Origin: Nemertoderma westbladi
Lineage: Eukaryota > Animalia > Xenacoelomorpha
Assembly (NCBI GenBank): GCA_032718475.1
Contig: JAUCBJ010007215.1
Span: forward strand, 23,632-87,631
Length of the DNA stretch: 64,000 nucleotides
Direction: 5' to 3'
The notes below the pieces were generated by a model, which had not been told where the DNA came from, did not search any database, and saw only the letters and a list, made by a program, of their open reading frames with translations. Positions 13,042-26,600 of the stretch are shown here, piece by piece. Numbering within the stretch: position 1 is the first letter of the stretch; each line of letters opens with the position of its first letter. The translations under genes and the position numbers were made by a program.

Positions 13042-14136
13042 CTACTAGGTCGAGCGAACTCGGACAGTGGAAATGAGATCCTTCCAGGCTTCCCGATTCT
13101 CCATAGTTGTCGCAATTTCGTTTCTCCCAAGTTCAGTATCCCTTTCAAGTTGATCTATATATGTTATGGCAGGTCGTCCACGACTACGCTTTCCATGAGT
13201 TGTTTGCCAGAAAAGTAGATCTGGTATGACCTCGTCTTTACTTCGCCAGCAGTGCCCACTGAATCTTAATCTGCGTTCACGGAGGGTGGTTGATACAGGT
13301 GGTATTGTACCATAAAGCTCGGCATTTGTCATGTGTTGTCTCCAGCTGATGTTTAGGGCTGCCCTTAGTAGTCTTGTGTAGCAACCATCAATTCGTTGTT
13401 CAAGTGATTTAGTCAGTGTCCAGGTCTCACCGCCGTATAAAAATTGTCTTTCCACTGTGGCTCGAAAGAACTTGGTCTTCAGGTGCCTGGAGAGATCTGA
13501 TTTCCAGATGGCATCCATTTTTGATAGAGCTACCCAAGCCTTTGCTTTCCTAACTTCTATGTCCTTTTTGCTACTCTCTATCCACGATCCAAGGTACTGG
13601 AAGTCATCTACCTCCCTTAGTTGATTATTATCAATGGTTGTCAAGTTTCCATCAACATTAAAGGTCATGAATTCGGTCTTGGTAGCATTTATATGCAATC
13701 CAACCTCCTTAGCAGCCCTCTCCACTTTATTTAGTAGAAGCTGTGCATCTGCTAGCGTATTAGAGAGCAGGGCGATGTCATCCGCAAAGTCGGTGTCTGT
13801 GACTGTAGTTGCTGGATATCTACTACTTCTGCGTTCTTGAAGTGTGAATCCCAGATCTTCACCCTTTGTGGCCGTCCTCATTGCGTAATCCAGCACAATT
13901 ACAAATAGTAATGGTGCTAATGTGTCACCTTGCAGTACGCCAGCCAGGATTGAGAAAAACTCAGTTTCACCATCTGGTGAGAGTACCTGCGCTTCTGTGT
14001 CACAATATAACAATCCAATGCCAGCAACAATTACTTCTGGTATTCCATAAGCACTTAGGATTTCAAGCATTTTACCTCTATGGATGGAGTCGAATGCCTT
14101 CTTGAAGTCCACAAAAGTCATGACTGCGGGGAGATT
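13042..14136 (-). mobile_element. 5'-truncated RTE-like LINE with open RT frame, inserted in a Helitron
   Basis: ORF has FVDFKKAFDS, GVLQGDTLAP, DFADD and FQYLGS; 10-bp TSD CTTCAAATTA at 13032-13041 and 14137-14146; short TAG tail. Confidence 0.93.
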
Positions 14137-14664
14137 CTTCAAATTAACATTTTATAAATTTTAACATCTGTTTAGCCTGGTTGCCAAGGTAACTGGATTT
14201 TCTATTTAACCTCAATCAGCTCTGCTATGGACCTTATAGTTGAGTTGAGAAACCCCAAGTTTATATCTATTATAGTTTTCCTATAAATAGAGTTATAAAT
14301 ATTGACCTGAAATACATAGACTTTTTTCTAAGTCCGTTGCCATGGAAACCAGATTTTTCCTGGATATGAGACCCAGCCCAAACGATGCGCCTCAATGAGT
14401 AGTATATACAAGCAAAATTCCAGGGTACTTTTAAAGGCTAGTTTTTTCCCCGGTCAAAAAAAACTAATCTGCCCCATACAAGTAAAAGGGCCCACTACGA
14501 ATACACCATCTCAGCTAAGGAAAATAAGGAAAATCTTTCTTAGCTAAAGTAGTTGATTTTCCTTAGCTTCGTGGATACTAGAAAGGCATTTTCGAAAGTA
14601 AATGCAACCACGAAGCTAAGGAAAATTAAACAAAGGGCCACAATTTGGTTTGTTGCTTAGCCTA

Positions 14665-17600
14665 GGTGGGATAAATATTTCTCCATTTCACGCAACACCG
14701 CCGCGGCCGCTATGAGGGAGGTAAATACCGCGGCCGCTCCTAAAGCCGCAGGCCCTCGCTAACTATATAGGTTAACTTGGGATTCTGGGGGACTTTTCGA
14801 TGAAGGAACTGACCAAATTTTTTTATTTTCTCACCAGGGGAGCGGCTCGGAATTCTAAGATATTAGCAACTCTAACATTATGAAATATAACCCTTCGACG
14901 GACACGGCGGACAAAAAACCGTCATTTTTTCGACAATTTTAAAATTTTTTTGAAAGGCGCTCTACAGTGGCTCGAAAAAACCCTAGGTTATTGCTTAGCC
15001 GACGCCGGGATACGATAGAAGGGATTAATTAGTGAATTCGTTTTTTTTTTCAAAAAAGATTACCACGCCTTTTTTCCGAAAATGTCCGTCAAAGTTGAAA
15101 AAACGGACAAAATGACTTTGCGGGATCGGCTATAACTCGGCTAATATTAATCGTACGGGGACGAAAGTAATGCGGTTGGAAAGGGGAAGAGTGGTACTAC
15201 CTTCGTATCGAATGGGGGTAAGATATTTATTAAAATTTCGGGTGGAAAAAGGGGCTGTAAATTTGTACGTTTTTGTCCGTCTTTTTTGGAAAACTTATTT
15301 CCGAAATGTTTAATTCGACAACGCGGGTAGGAATCCACTAATTCTTTTATGAAACTCGTAGAAGACCATTGGGGCTACGTTCCTATCGAATGGGGGTACA
15401 AAAAATATGTCGGCAATAGGGGCCAAAAAGGGCCAGAATTTGTAAAGTAGTTTTTATCGAATAATTTTTTATTTTTAACTTTAGTTGGTTAAGGTACATT
15501 CTATACAGTCAATATCCATACGGGGAATTCAAATATGCTATCGGTTTTGCTCCAAGGATGATATTAAAAAAATGAGGGCCAAAATTATAATTTCGCGCTT
15601 CAAACTTGCTTCGCGGGAAATCGTCTAGCTCGAAAACTACTTAACTTACGGGAGATTTGTTTACACAGACTTATAGTGCGTTAAATTATCTATCTAACAG
15701 CGTTAATCACAGCGCCGGAGGTATTATAAAACTGGAGCGGCAGGCGATCGTGTGAAATATAATATTTATAAAAAGGGACGAAAAATTTTTTTTTTTAACA
15801 AATCGCTATTCCATTATAATTTAGCGTATTGCGCCAAAAGTACCTGTAAAAAGTATCAAATTAACTCCGCTATCTTGTATCTTAACATATATAATTAAAA
15901 TTACGAATTTTAAGGGTCGAAAAATATCGCGTTATTTTGGCCCTTTTTTTTAATTTTTTTGGGGCCAAAAATAACCCCTTCTCAAAAGATTAAGAAAAAA
16001 ATTACGGCAAAGAATATACAAATTTTATTGAATTTGGACCACCAGAACCGAAGTTAGAGCGATTTTAGTGAAAAAATAAAAATAATTTTTTTTGCAAAAA
16101 AATTAAGAATGGTCAGGTCAATATTGGGTTTCGAACCCACGAACTTAGGTATCGTTAACGTGATTGATAACCACTAGACTACGTGACCAAGAGAATTTGA
16201 AATTTTCGAGTGACTATTTTTAAACGTAAATAACTTCGGTTCTAGAGGGCCGTTTAATCTGAAACTTTTTTCATTGGATAGAGAATAGATTGTAGTGTGT
16301 GAAATAGGATACAACTTGGGAAAAGACGCATGTGCACTTAGTGCAAAATGCACTTAAATAGTGAACATTTTTTCGATATTTCAAACACTATTATTTCCAG
16401 TTCTATTCATCGTATAATGTTATTTTTTGGATTAAAATGTAGTTTGGAATGATTTCTAACTATAATCGTAACATTTGTTTAACTTTTTATGTCTATAAAG
16501 TGACTTAAAATGTCCATGAATATGGTCGAAAATCGCAAATCCAGATTTATTAAATTGGATTTTTGACACTTTTAGCGACTGACACTTGATCATACACTAT
16601 CGTAGATCGGTAAAGGATAAACATAAGTTTGTTAAATAAGAGCCACCATTACGATCTGCTAAAGTGCACTTGTACAAATAAGTGTGCAAAAGTGCAAATT
16701 TTTTAATAAGGCCAAATTATATAGTATTGGGTTATTTTCTTTGCAGATACTTTATTTTCATATTAATATGTTGTTTGAACCTTACTGAGCGCATTAGGGG
16801 ATATGCGTACAAATAACCGGCCCTTATGAGGCTTCGATTGGGTAAATTAATAAAACATAAGGTTGTATAGTATAATATTCTAAAAACCAGTGTGATATTA
16901 AATGCACTTTAAATAATAAATAGAAATCAAATAACAATTGGACCACACAATTAAAAACTCGCACAATTTTGTACTTATTATATCGCTTCAAATTAATTCA
17001 ACAGTGGATATTTGGGGGAAGGGGGAAGTTACAGTGTGTATTCGGGGGAAGTTTGGTGAACTGCATTTATGCAGTGAATCCAAACTTCCCCCTTTGATAT
17101 ATCATATACTTAAGACATGCTAGGGTGACGGGGAAATATTTGTTACTGTCACACTTTGCTTCCATTTATCCTATCCTTTATTATTACCCCAGTCAGATAA
17201 GAGATAATAAATCAGTAAAAACTAAACTAAACTGTCTTTCATGCAAACAAATTTCTAACTAAAGACGGGTGAATGACCATGACCATGGAAATAATTTTAA
17301 ATATAATTGTATATCAACTATTTGGGGAGGCTTCCAAGTTAAACCCGAAAACAATTATTTTGTTACATAGTAAATAACGTTGTTTGTTCTTCTTCCTCTC
17401 ATAATAAAATATAAATGAAATATCTCAGATCGCTATGCCCTGTAACATTTCACAACCAAAATATTTAAGTGTGAAAAGTGTAGGCCTACCACACTCCGCC
17501 CAAACAACCTCAAACGCATAGCCAACAAATTTAACAAAAGGTTACATACATGTTGGGTTCATGACGAGATGAGTGAAAATTGATCGCGTAATATAAAGTA

Positions 17601-17689
17601 AAAAATTAAGAGACGGGCTGGCTCTCCTCCACTTTCTTACCCAATGGATATGTTGTTGTAATAATCTAATATTGGGGCGGCTTTCTCTC
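14665..17689. mobile_element. ~3 kb non-coding insertion (unclassified repeat) splitting a Helitron copy
   Basis: Helitron sequence stops at GCTTAGCCTA (14664) and resumes GTTTAGTAGC (17690). AT-rich with internal inverted repeats and no credible ORF; I found no TIR or TSD. Confidence 0.6.
16111..16188 (-). pseudogene. tRNA-derived (SINE-head-like) sequence
   Basis: Minus strand GGTCACG-TAGTCTAGTGG (A box)...GGTTCGAAAC (B box)...TGACC; no clean anticodon arm; flanked by a 13-bp IR at 16044-16056 and 16231-16243. Confidence 0.5.
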
Positions 17690-20600
17690 GTTTAGTAGCA
17701 TTTGCCAATAAATAACTTATATTCCCATGGAAACTAGAATTCTCTGGAACTGTTGGTTTTACCTTTGAAAAAAGATTCAGTCCAGATTGTGGTTCAGATA
17801 ACACATACCAAGTTTCAGAAAATATAGTTTATGTCCAAATTACCGATTTTCTACTAGAAAGGCATTTCCTAAAGGAAATGCAACCACGAAGCTAAGGAAA
17901 ATTAAACAAACGGCCACACTTTGGTTCGTTGCTTATAGCCTAGTTTAGTAGCAATTGCCAATAATTTACGTCTATTCCCATGGAAACTAGAGTTCTCTGG
18001 AACTGTGGGTTTTACCTTTGAAAAAAGATTCAGTCCAGATTGTGGTTCAGATTATAACACATATACCGAGTTTCAGAAAATATTGTAGTTTATGTCCAAA
18101 TTACCGATTTTCTATCAAAATGCATCTGTTTGCAGTGGTTGTCATGGAAACTGAAAAATATAATAATGTAATTCGGATGCAGAATAAGTCATATAGTGGG
18201 GGTAGGTCTTGGTCCCAAGTCATAATACTATTAACTTGTGCTTCAAATTATCATTTTATAAATAGTAACATCTGTTTAGTCTTGTTGCTATGGTAACTGT
18301 ACTTTCTAATTAACCTCAAACGGCTTGGATGGATATGGAAATTATAGATGAGTTACAAAACCCCAAGTTTATATATATTACAGTTTTGCTAGAAATAGAG
18401 TTATCAATATAGACTTGAATGATATAGAGTTTAATAAACTACAGTTACCATGGTAACTAAATTTCTGGAATGATTTAAGTTTCACTAAAAGTTCCAACTA
18501 GTGGTGCAGATAACACATACCCAGTTTTGTAAAATTTTATCGCGAAGTCTATGTCCAAATGAATAATTTTTGTATAAAAACATCTGTTTTCGGCTGTTGT
18601 CATGGTAACTGAAAAATAGAACAATGTAATTCGGATGCAGAATAAGTTATATAGTGGGGGTAGGGGTTGGTCTCAAGTCATAACACCTTGCCCTTAGGCC
18701 TCAAATTATCATTTTATAAATTTTAACATCTGTTTATCCCGGTTGCCAACGTAACTGGATTTTCTATTTAGCCTCAATCGGATCTGCTATGGACCTTATA
18801 GTTGTGTTGCAAAACCCCAAGTTTAAATCTATTATAGTTTTCCTACAAATAGAGTTATAAATATTGACTTGAAATACATAGACTTTTTTTGAAGTCCGTT
18901 GCCATGGAAACCAGATTTTTCCTGGATATGAGACCCGGCCCAAAAGATGCGCCTCGCCGAGTAGTATATACATGCAAAATTTCAGGGTACTTTTAAAGGC
19001 TAGTTTTTTCGCCTATCAAAAAACCCCAAATCTGCCTCACACAAGTAAAATAGCCCACTATGAATAGACCATCTCAGCTAAGGAAAATCTTTCTTAGCGA
19101 AAGTAGTTGATTTTCCTTAGCTTCGTGGACAAAATTGTGCGAGTTTTTAATTGTGTGGTCCAATTGTTATTTGATTTCTATTTACTAGAAAGGCATTTCC
19201 TAAAGGAAATGCAACCACGAAGCTAAGGAAAATTAAACAAACGGCCACAATTTGGTTCGTTGCTTAGCCTAGTTTAGTAGCATTTGCCAATAAATAACTT
19301 CTATTCCCATGGAAACTAGAGTTCTCTGGAACTGTTGGTTTTACCTTTGAAAAAAGATTCAGTCCAGATTGTTTTTCAGATAACACATCGAGTTTCAGAA
19401 AATATTGTAGTTTATGTCCAAATTACAGATTTTCTATCAAAATGCATCTGTTTGCAGTGGTTGTCATGGAAACTGAAAAATAGAACAATGTAATTCGGAT
19501 GCAGAATAAGTCATATAGTGGGGGTAGGTGTTGGTCCCAAGTCATAATACTATTAAATTGTGCTTCAAATTATCATTTTATTAATTTTAACATCTGTTTA
19601 CTCTTGTTGCTATGGTAAATGGATTTTCTAATTAACTTCGAACGGCTTGTATATGGACCTTATAGATGAGTTGCAAAACCCCAAGTTTATATATATTACA
19701 GTTTTTCTCCAAATAGAGTTATGATTATAGACTTGAATGATATATAACTTTAAAAAAACTACAGTTACCATGGTAACTAGATATTTCTGGAATGTTTTGA
19801 GTTTCACTAAAAGTTCCAACTAGTGGTCCAGATAACACATACCTAGTTTCGTAAAATTTTATCGTGAAGTCTATGTACAAATGAATAATTTTCGTATAAA
19901 AACATCTGTTTTCAGCGGTTGTCAAGGTAACTGCAAAATAGAACAATCAAATTCGGACGCAGAATAAGTTATATAGTGGGGGTAGGGATTGGTCCCAAGT
20001 CATCACACCTTAACCTTAGGCTTCAAATTAACATTTTAAAAATTTTAACATCTGTTTAGCCCGGTTGCCAAGGTAACTGGATTTTCTATTTAACCTCAAT
20101 CGGCTCTGCTATGGACCTTATAGTTGTGTTGAGAAACCCCAAGTTTATATGTATTATAGTTTTCCTACAAATAGAGTTACAAATATTGACTTGAAATACA
20201 TAGACTTTTTTCTAAGTCCGTTGCCATGGAAACCAGATTTTTCCTGGAGATGAGACCCATCCCACACGACGCGCCTTGATGAGTTGTATATACATGCAAA
20301 ATTTCAGGGTACTTTTAAAGGCTAGTTTTTTCCCCGACCAAAAAAAACCAAATCTGCCCCATACAAGTAAAATAGCCCACTATGAATAGACCATCTCAGC
20401 TAAGGAAAATCTTTCTTAGCGAAAGTAGTTGATTTTCCTTAGCTTCGTGGACAAGAAAGGCATTTCCTAAAGGAAATGCAACCACGAAGCTAAGGAAAAT
20501 TAAACAAACCGCCACAATTAGTTTGTTGCTTAGCCTAGTTTAGTAGCATTTGACAATAATTAACTTCTATTCCCATGGAAACTAGAGTTCTGTGGAACTG

Positions 20601-23600
20601 TTGTTTTAACCTTTGAAAAAAGATTCAGTACAGATTGTGGTTCAGATAACACATATACAAAGTTTCAGAAAATATTGTAGTTTATGTCCAAATTACCGAT
20701 TTTCTATCAAAATGCATCTGTTTGTAGTGGTTGTCATGGAAACTGAAAAATAGAACAATGTAATTCGGATGCAGAATAAGTCATATAGTGGGGGTAGGTG
20801 TTGGTCCCAAGTCTTAATAGTATTAACTTGTGCTTCAAATTATCATTTTATAAATTTTAACATCTGTTTAGTCTTGTTGCTATGGTGACTGGAATTTCTA
20901 ATTAACCTCGAACGGCTTGGATATGAACCTTATAGTTGAGTTGAGAAACCCCAAGTTTATATCTATTGCGGTTTTTCTACAAATAGAGTTATGAATATAG
21001 ACTTGAATGATATAGAGTTTAATAAACTCCAGTTACCACGGTAACTAGATATTTCTGGAATGATTTGAGTTTCACTAAAAGTTCCAACTAGTGGTCCAGA
21101 TAACACATACCCAGTTTTGTAAAATTTTATCGTGAAGTCTATGTCCAAATGAATAAGTTTTGAATAAAAACATCTGTTTTCAGCGGTTGTCATGGTAACT
21201 GAAAAATAGAACAATGTAATTCGGATGCAGAATAAGTTATATAGTGGGGGTAGGGGTTGGCCCCAAGTCATAACACCTTGCCCTTAGGCCTCAAATTAAC
21301 ATTTTATAAATTTTAACTTCTGTTTATCCCGGTTGCCAAGGTAACTGGATTTTCTATTTAGCTTCAATCGGATCTGCTATGGACCTTATAGTTGTGTTGC
21401 GAAACCCCAAGTTTATATCTATTATAGTTTTCCTACAAATAGAGTTATAAATATTGACTTGAAATACATAGACTTTTTTTGAAGTCCGTTGCCATGGAAA
21501 CCAGATTTTTCCTGCATATGAGACCCGGCCCAAAAGATGCGCCTCGTCGAGTAGTATATACATGCAAAATTTCAGGGTACTTTTAAAGGCTAGTTTTTTC
21601 ACCGGTCAAAAAAAACCAAATCTGCCTCACACAAGTAAAATAGCCCACTATGAATAGACCATCTCAGCTAAGGAAAATCTTTCTTAGCGAAAGTAGTTGA
21701 TTTTCCTTAGCTTCGTGGATCAAAATGCATCTGTTTGCAGTGGTTGTCATGGAAACTGAAAAATAGAACAATGTAACGAGAAAGGCATTTCCTAAAGGAA
21801 ATGCAACCACGAAGCTAAGGAAAATTAAACAAACGGCCACACTTTGGTTCGTTGCTTTAGCCTCGTTTAGTAGCAATTGTCAATAATTAACTTCTATTCC
21901 CATGGAAACTAGAGTTCTCTGGAACTGTTGCTTTAACCTTTGAAAAAAAATTCAGTACAGATTGTGGTTCAGATAACACATATACTGAGTTTCAGAAAAT
22001 ATTGTAGTTTATGTCCAAATTACCGATTGTCTATCAAAATGCATCTGTTTGCAGTGGTTCTCCTGGAAACTGAAAAATAGAACAATGTAATTCGGATGCA
22101 GAATAAGTCACATAGTGGGGGTAGGGGTTAGTCCCAAGTCATAATACTATTAACTTGTGCTTCAAATTATCATTTTATAAATTTTAACATCTGTTTAGAC
22201 TTGTTGCTATGGTAACTGTATTTTCTAATTAACCTCAAACGGCTTGGATATGGATCTTATAGATGAGTTGCAAAACCCCAAGTTTATATATATTACAGTT
22301 TTTCTACAAATAGAGTTATCAATATAGATTTGAATGATATAGAGTTTAATAAACTACAGTTACCATGGTAACTAAATTTCTGGAATAATTTAAGTTTCAC
22401 TAAAAGTTCCAACTAGTGGTCCAGATAACACATACCCAGTTTTGTAAAATTTTATCGTGAAGTCTATGTCCAAATGAATAAGTTTTGAATAAAAACATCT
22501 GTTTTCAGCGGTTGTCATGGTAACTGAAAAATAGAACAATGTAATTCGGATGCAGAATAAGTTATATAGTGGGGGTAGGGGTTGGTCCCAAGTCATAACA
22601 CCTTGCCCTTAGGCCTCAAATTAACATTTTATAAATTTTAACATCTGTTTATCCCGGTTGCCAAGGTAACTGGATTTTCTATTTAGCCTCAATCGGATCT
22701 GCTATGGACCTTATAGTTGTGTTGCGAAACCCCAAGTTTATATCTATTATAGTTTTCCTACAAATAGAGTTCTAAATATTGACTTGAAATACATAGACTT
22801 TTTTTGAAGTCCGTTGCCATGGAAACCAGATTTTTCCTGGATATGAGACCCGGCCCAAAAGATGCGCCTCGTCGAGTAGTATATACATGCAAAATTTCAG
22901 GGTACTTTTAAAGGCTAGTTTTTTCACCTATCAAAAAACCCCAAATCTGCCTCATACAAGTAAAATAGCCCACTATGAATAGACCATCTCAGCTAAGGAA
23001 AATCTTTCTTAGCGAAAGTAGTTGATTTTCCTTAGCTTCGTGGATATACCGAATTTCAGAAAATATTGTAGTTTATGTCCAAATTACAAATTACCGATTT
23101 TCTATGAAAATGCATCGGTTTGTTTGCAGTGGTTGTCAGGGAAACTGAAAAATAGAACAATGTAATTCGGATGCAGAATAAGTCATATAGTGGGGGTAGG
23201 TGTTGGTCCCAAGTCATAATACTATTAACTTGTGCTTCAAATTATCATTTTATAAATTTTAACATCTGTATAGTCTTGTTGCTATGGTAGCTGGATTTTC
23301 AAATTAACCTCGAACGGTTTGTATATGGACCTTATAGATGAGTTGCAAAACCCCAAGTTTATATATATTACAGTTTTGCTACAAATAGAGTTATCAATAT
23401 AGATTTGAATGATATAGAGTTTAATAAACTACAGTTACCATGGTAACTAAATTTCTGGAATAATTTAAGTTTCACTAAAAGTTCCAACTAGTGGTCCAGA
23501 TAACACATTCCCAGTTTTGTAAAATTTTATCGTGAAGTCTATGTCCAAATGAATAAGTTTTGAATAAAAACATATGTTTTCAGCGGTTGTCATGGTAACT

Positions 23601-26600
23601 GAAAAATAGAACAATGTAATTCGGATGCAGAATAAGTTATATAGGGGGGGGTAGGGGTTGGTCCCAAGTCATAACACCTTGCCCTTAGGCTTCAAATTAA
23701 CATTTTATAAATTTTAACATCTGTTTATCCCGGTTGCCAAGGTAACTGGATTTTCTATTTAGCCTCAATCGGATCTGCTATGGACCTTATAGTTGTGTTG
23801 CGAAACCCCAAGTTTATATCTATTATAGTTTTCCTACAAATAGAGTTATAAATATTGACTTGAAATACATAGACTTTTTTTGAAGTCCGTTGCCATGGAA
23901 ACCAGATTTTTCCTGGATATGAGACCCGGCCCAAAAGATGCGCCTCGTCGAGTAGTATATACATGCAAAATTTCAGGGTACTTTTAAAGGCTAGTTTTTT
24001 CGCCTATCAAAAAACCCCAAATCTGCCTCACACAAGTAAAATAGCCCACTATGAATAGACCATCTCAGCTAAGGAAAATCTTTCTTAGCGAAAGTAGTTG
24101 ATTTTCCTTAGCTTCGTGGATTCGGATGCAGAATAAGTCATATAGTGGGGGTAGGTCTTGGTCACAAGTCATAATACTATTAACTTGTGTTTCAAATTAT
24201 CATTTTAGAAATTTTAACATCTGTTTAGTCTTGTTGCTACTAGAAAGGCATTTCCTAAAGGAAATGCAACCACGAAGCTAAGGAAAATTAAACAAAGGGC
24301 CACAATTTGGTTTGTTGCTTAGCCTAGTTTAGTAGCATTTGCCAATAAATAACTTCTATTCCCATGGAAACTAGAATTCTCTGGAACTGTTGGTTTTACC
24401 TTTGAAAAAAGATTCAGTCCATATTGTGGTTCAGATAACACATACCAAGTTTCAGAAAATATTGTAGTTTATGTCCAACTACCGATTTTCTATCATAATG
24501 CATCTGTTTGCAGTGGTTGTCATGGAAACTGAAAAATAGAACAATGTAATTCGGATGCAGAATAAGTCATATAATGGGGGTAGGTCTTGGTCCCAAGTCA
24601 TAATACTATTAACTTGTGTTTCAAATTATCATTTTAGAAATTTTAACATCTGTTTAGTCTTGTTGCTATGGTAATTGGATTGTGTAATTAACCTCGAATG
24701 GATTGTATATGGACCTTACAGATGAGTTGCAAAACCCCAAATTTATATTTATTACATTATTTTGCTACAAATAGAGTATTGAATTTAGACTTGAATGATA
24801 TAGACTTTAATAAACTCCAGTTACCATGGTAACAAGATATTTCTGGAATGTTTTGAGTTTCACTAAAAGTTCAAACTAGTGGTCCAGATAACACATATCC
24901 AGTTTCGTAAAATTTTATCGCGAAGTCTATGTCCAAATGAGTTATTTTTGTATAAAAACATCTGTTTTCAGCGGTTGTCATGGTAACTGCAAAATTAAAC
25001 AATGAAATTCGGACGCAGAATAAGTCATATAGTGGGGGTAGGGGTTGGTCCCAAGACATAACACCTTCTCCTTAGGCTTCAAATTAACATTTTGTAAATT
25101 TTAACATCTGTCTAGCCCGGTTGCCAAGGCAACTGGATTTTCTATTGAACCTCAATCGGCTCTGCCATGGACCTTATAGTTGAGTTGAGAAACCCCAAGT
25201 TTATATGTATTATAGTTTTCCTACAAATAGAGTTATAAATATTGACTTGAAATACATAGACTTTTTTCTAAGTCCGTTGCCATGGAAACCAGATTTTTCC
25301 TGAATATGAGACCCATCCCACACGACGCGCCTCGATGAGTAGTACATACATGCAAAATTTCAGGGTACTTTTAAAGGCTAGTTTTTTCCCCGGTCAAAAA
25401 ACACTAAATCTGCCCCACACAAGTAAAAGGGCCCACTATGAATACACCATCTCAGCTAAGGAAAATCTTTCTTAGCGAAAGTAGTTGATTTTCCTTAGCT
25501 TCGTGGATGGTAATTGGATTGTGTAATTAACCTCGAATGGATTGTACGAGAAAGGCATTTCCTAAAGGAAATGCAACCACGAAGCTAAGGAAAATTAAAC
25601 AAACGGCCACACTTTGGTTCGTTGCTTGCTTAGCCTCGTTTAGTAGCAATTGTCAATAATTAACTTCTATTCCCATGGAAACTAGAGTTCGCTGGAACTG
25701 TTGCTTTAACCTTTGAAAAAAAATTCAGTACAGATTGTGGTTCAGATAACACATGTACTGAGTTTTAGAAAATATTGTAGTTTATGTCCAAATTACCGAT
25801 TTTCTATCAAAATGCATCTGTTTGTAGTGGTTGTCATGGAAACTGAAAAATAGAACAATGTAATTCGGATGCAGAATAAGTCATATAGTGGGGGTAGGTG
25901 TTGGTCCCAAGTCATAATACTATTAACTTGTGCTTCAAATTATCATTTTATAAATTTTAATATCTGTTTAGTCTTGTTGCTATGGTGACTGGAATTTCTA
26001 ATTAACCTCGAACGGCTTGGATATGAACCTTATAGTTGAGTTGAGAAATTCAGGCTTAGGCTTCAAATTAACATTTTATAAATTTTAACATCTGTTTATC
26101 CCGGTTGCCAAGGTAACTGGATTTTCTATTTAGCCTCAATCGGATCTGCTATGGACCTTATAGTTGTGTTGCGAAACCCCAAGTTTATATCTATTATAGT
26201 TTTCCTACAAATAGAGTTATAAATATTGACTTGAAATACATAGACTTTTTTTGAAGTCCGTTGCCATGGAAACCAGATTTTTCCTGGATATGAGACCCGG
26301 CCCAAAAGATGCGCCTCGTCGAGTAGTATATACATGCAAAATTTCAGGGTACTTTTAAAGGCTAGTTTTTTCGCCTATCAAAAAACCCCAAATCTGCCTC
26401 ACACAAGTAAAATAGCCCACTATGAATAGACCATCTCAGCTAAGGAAAATCTTTCTTAGCGAAAGTAGTTGATTTTCCTTAGCTTCGTGGATATGGACCT
26501 TACAGGTGAGTTGCAAAACCCCAAATTTATATTTATTACATTATTTTGCTACATATAGAGTATTGAATTTAGACTTGAATGATACGAGAAAGGCATTTCC

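Noticed and set aside
14888-14905. TAACCCTT start resembling a piggyBac end
   Set aside because: No TTAA target and no matching right terminal repeat found.
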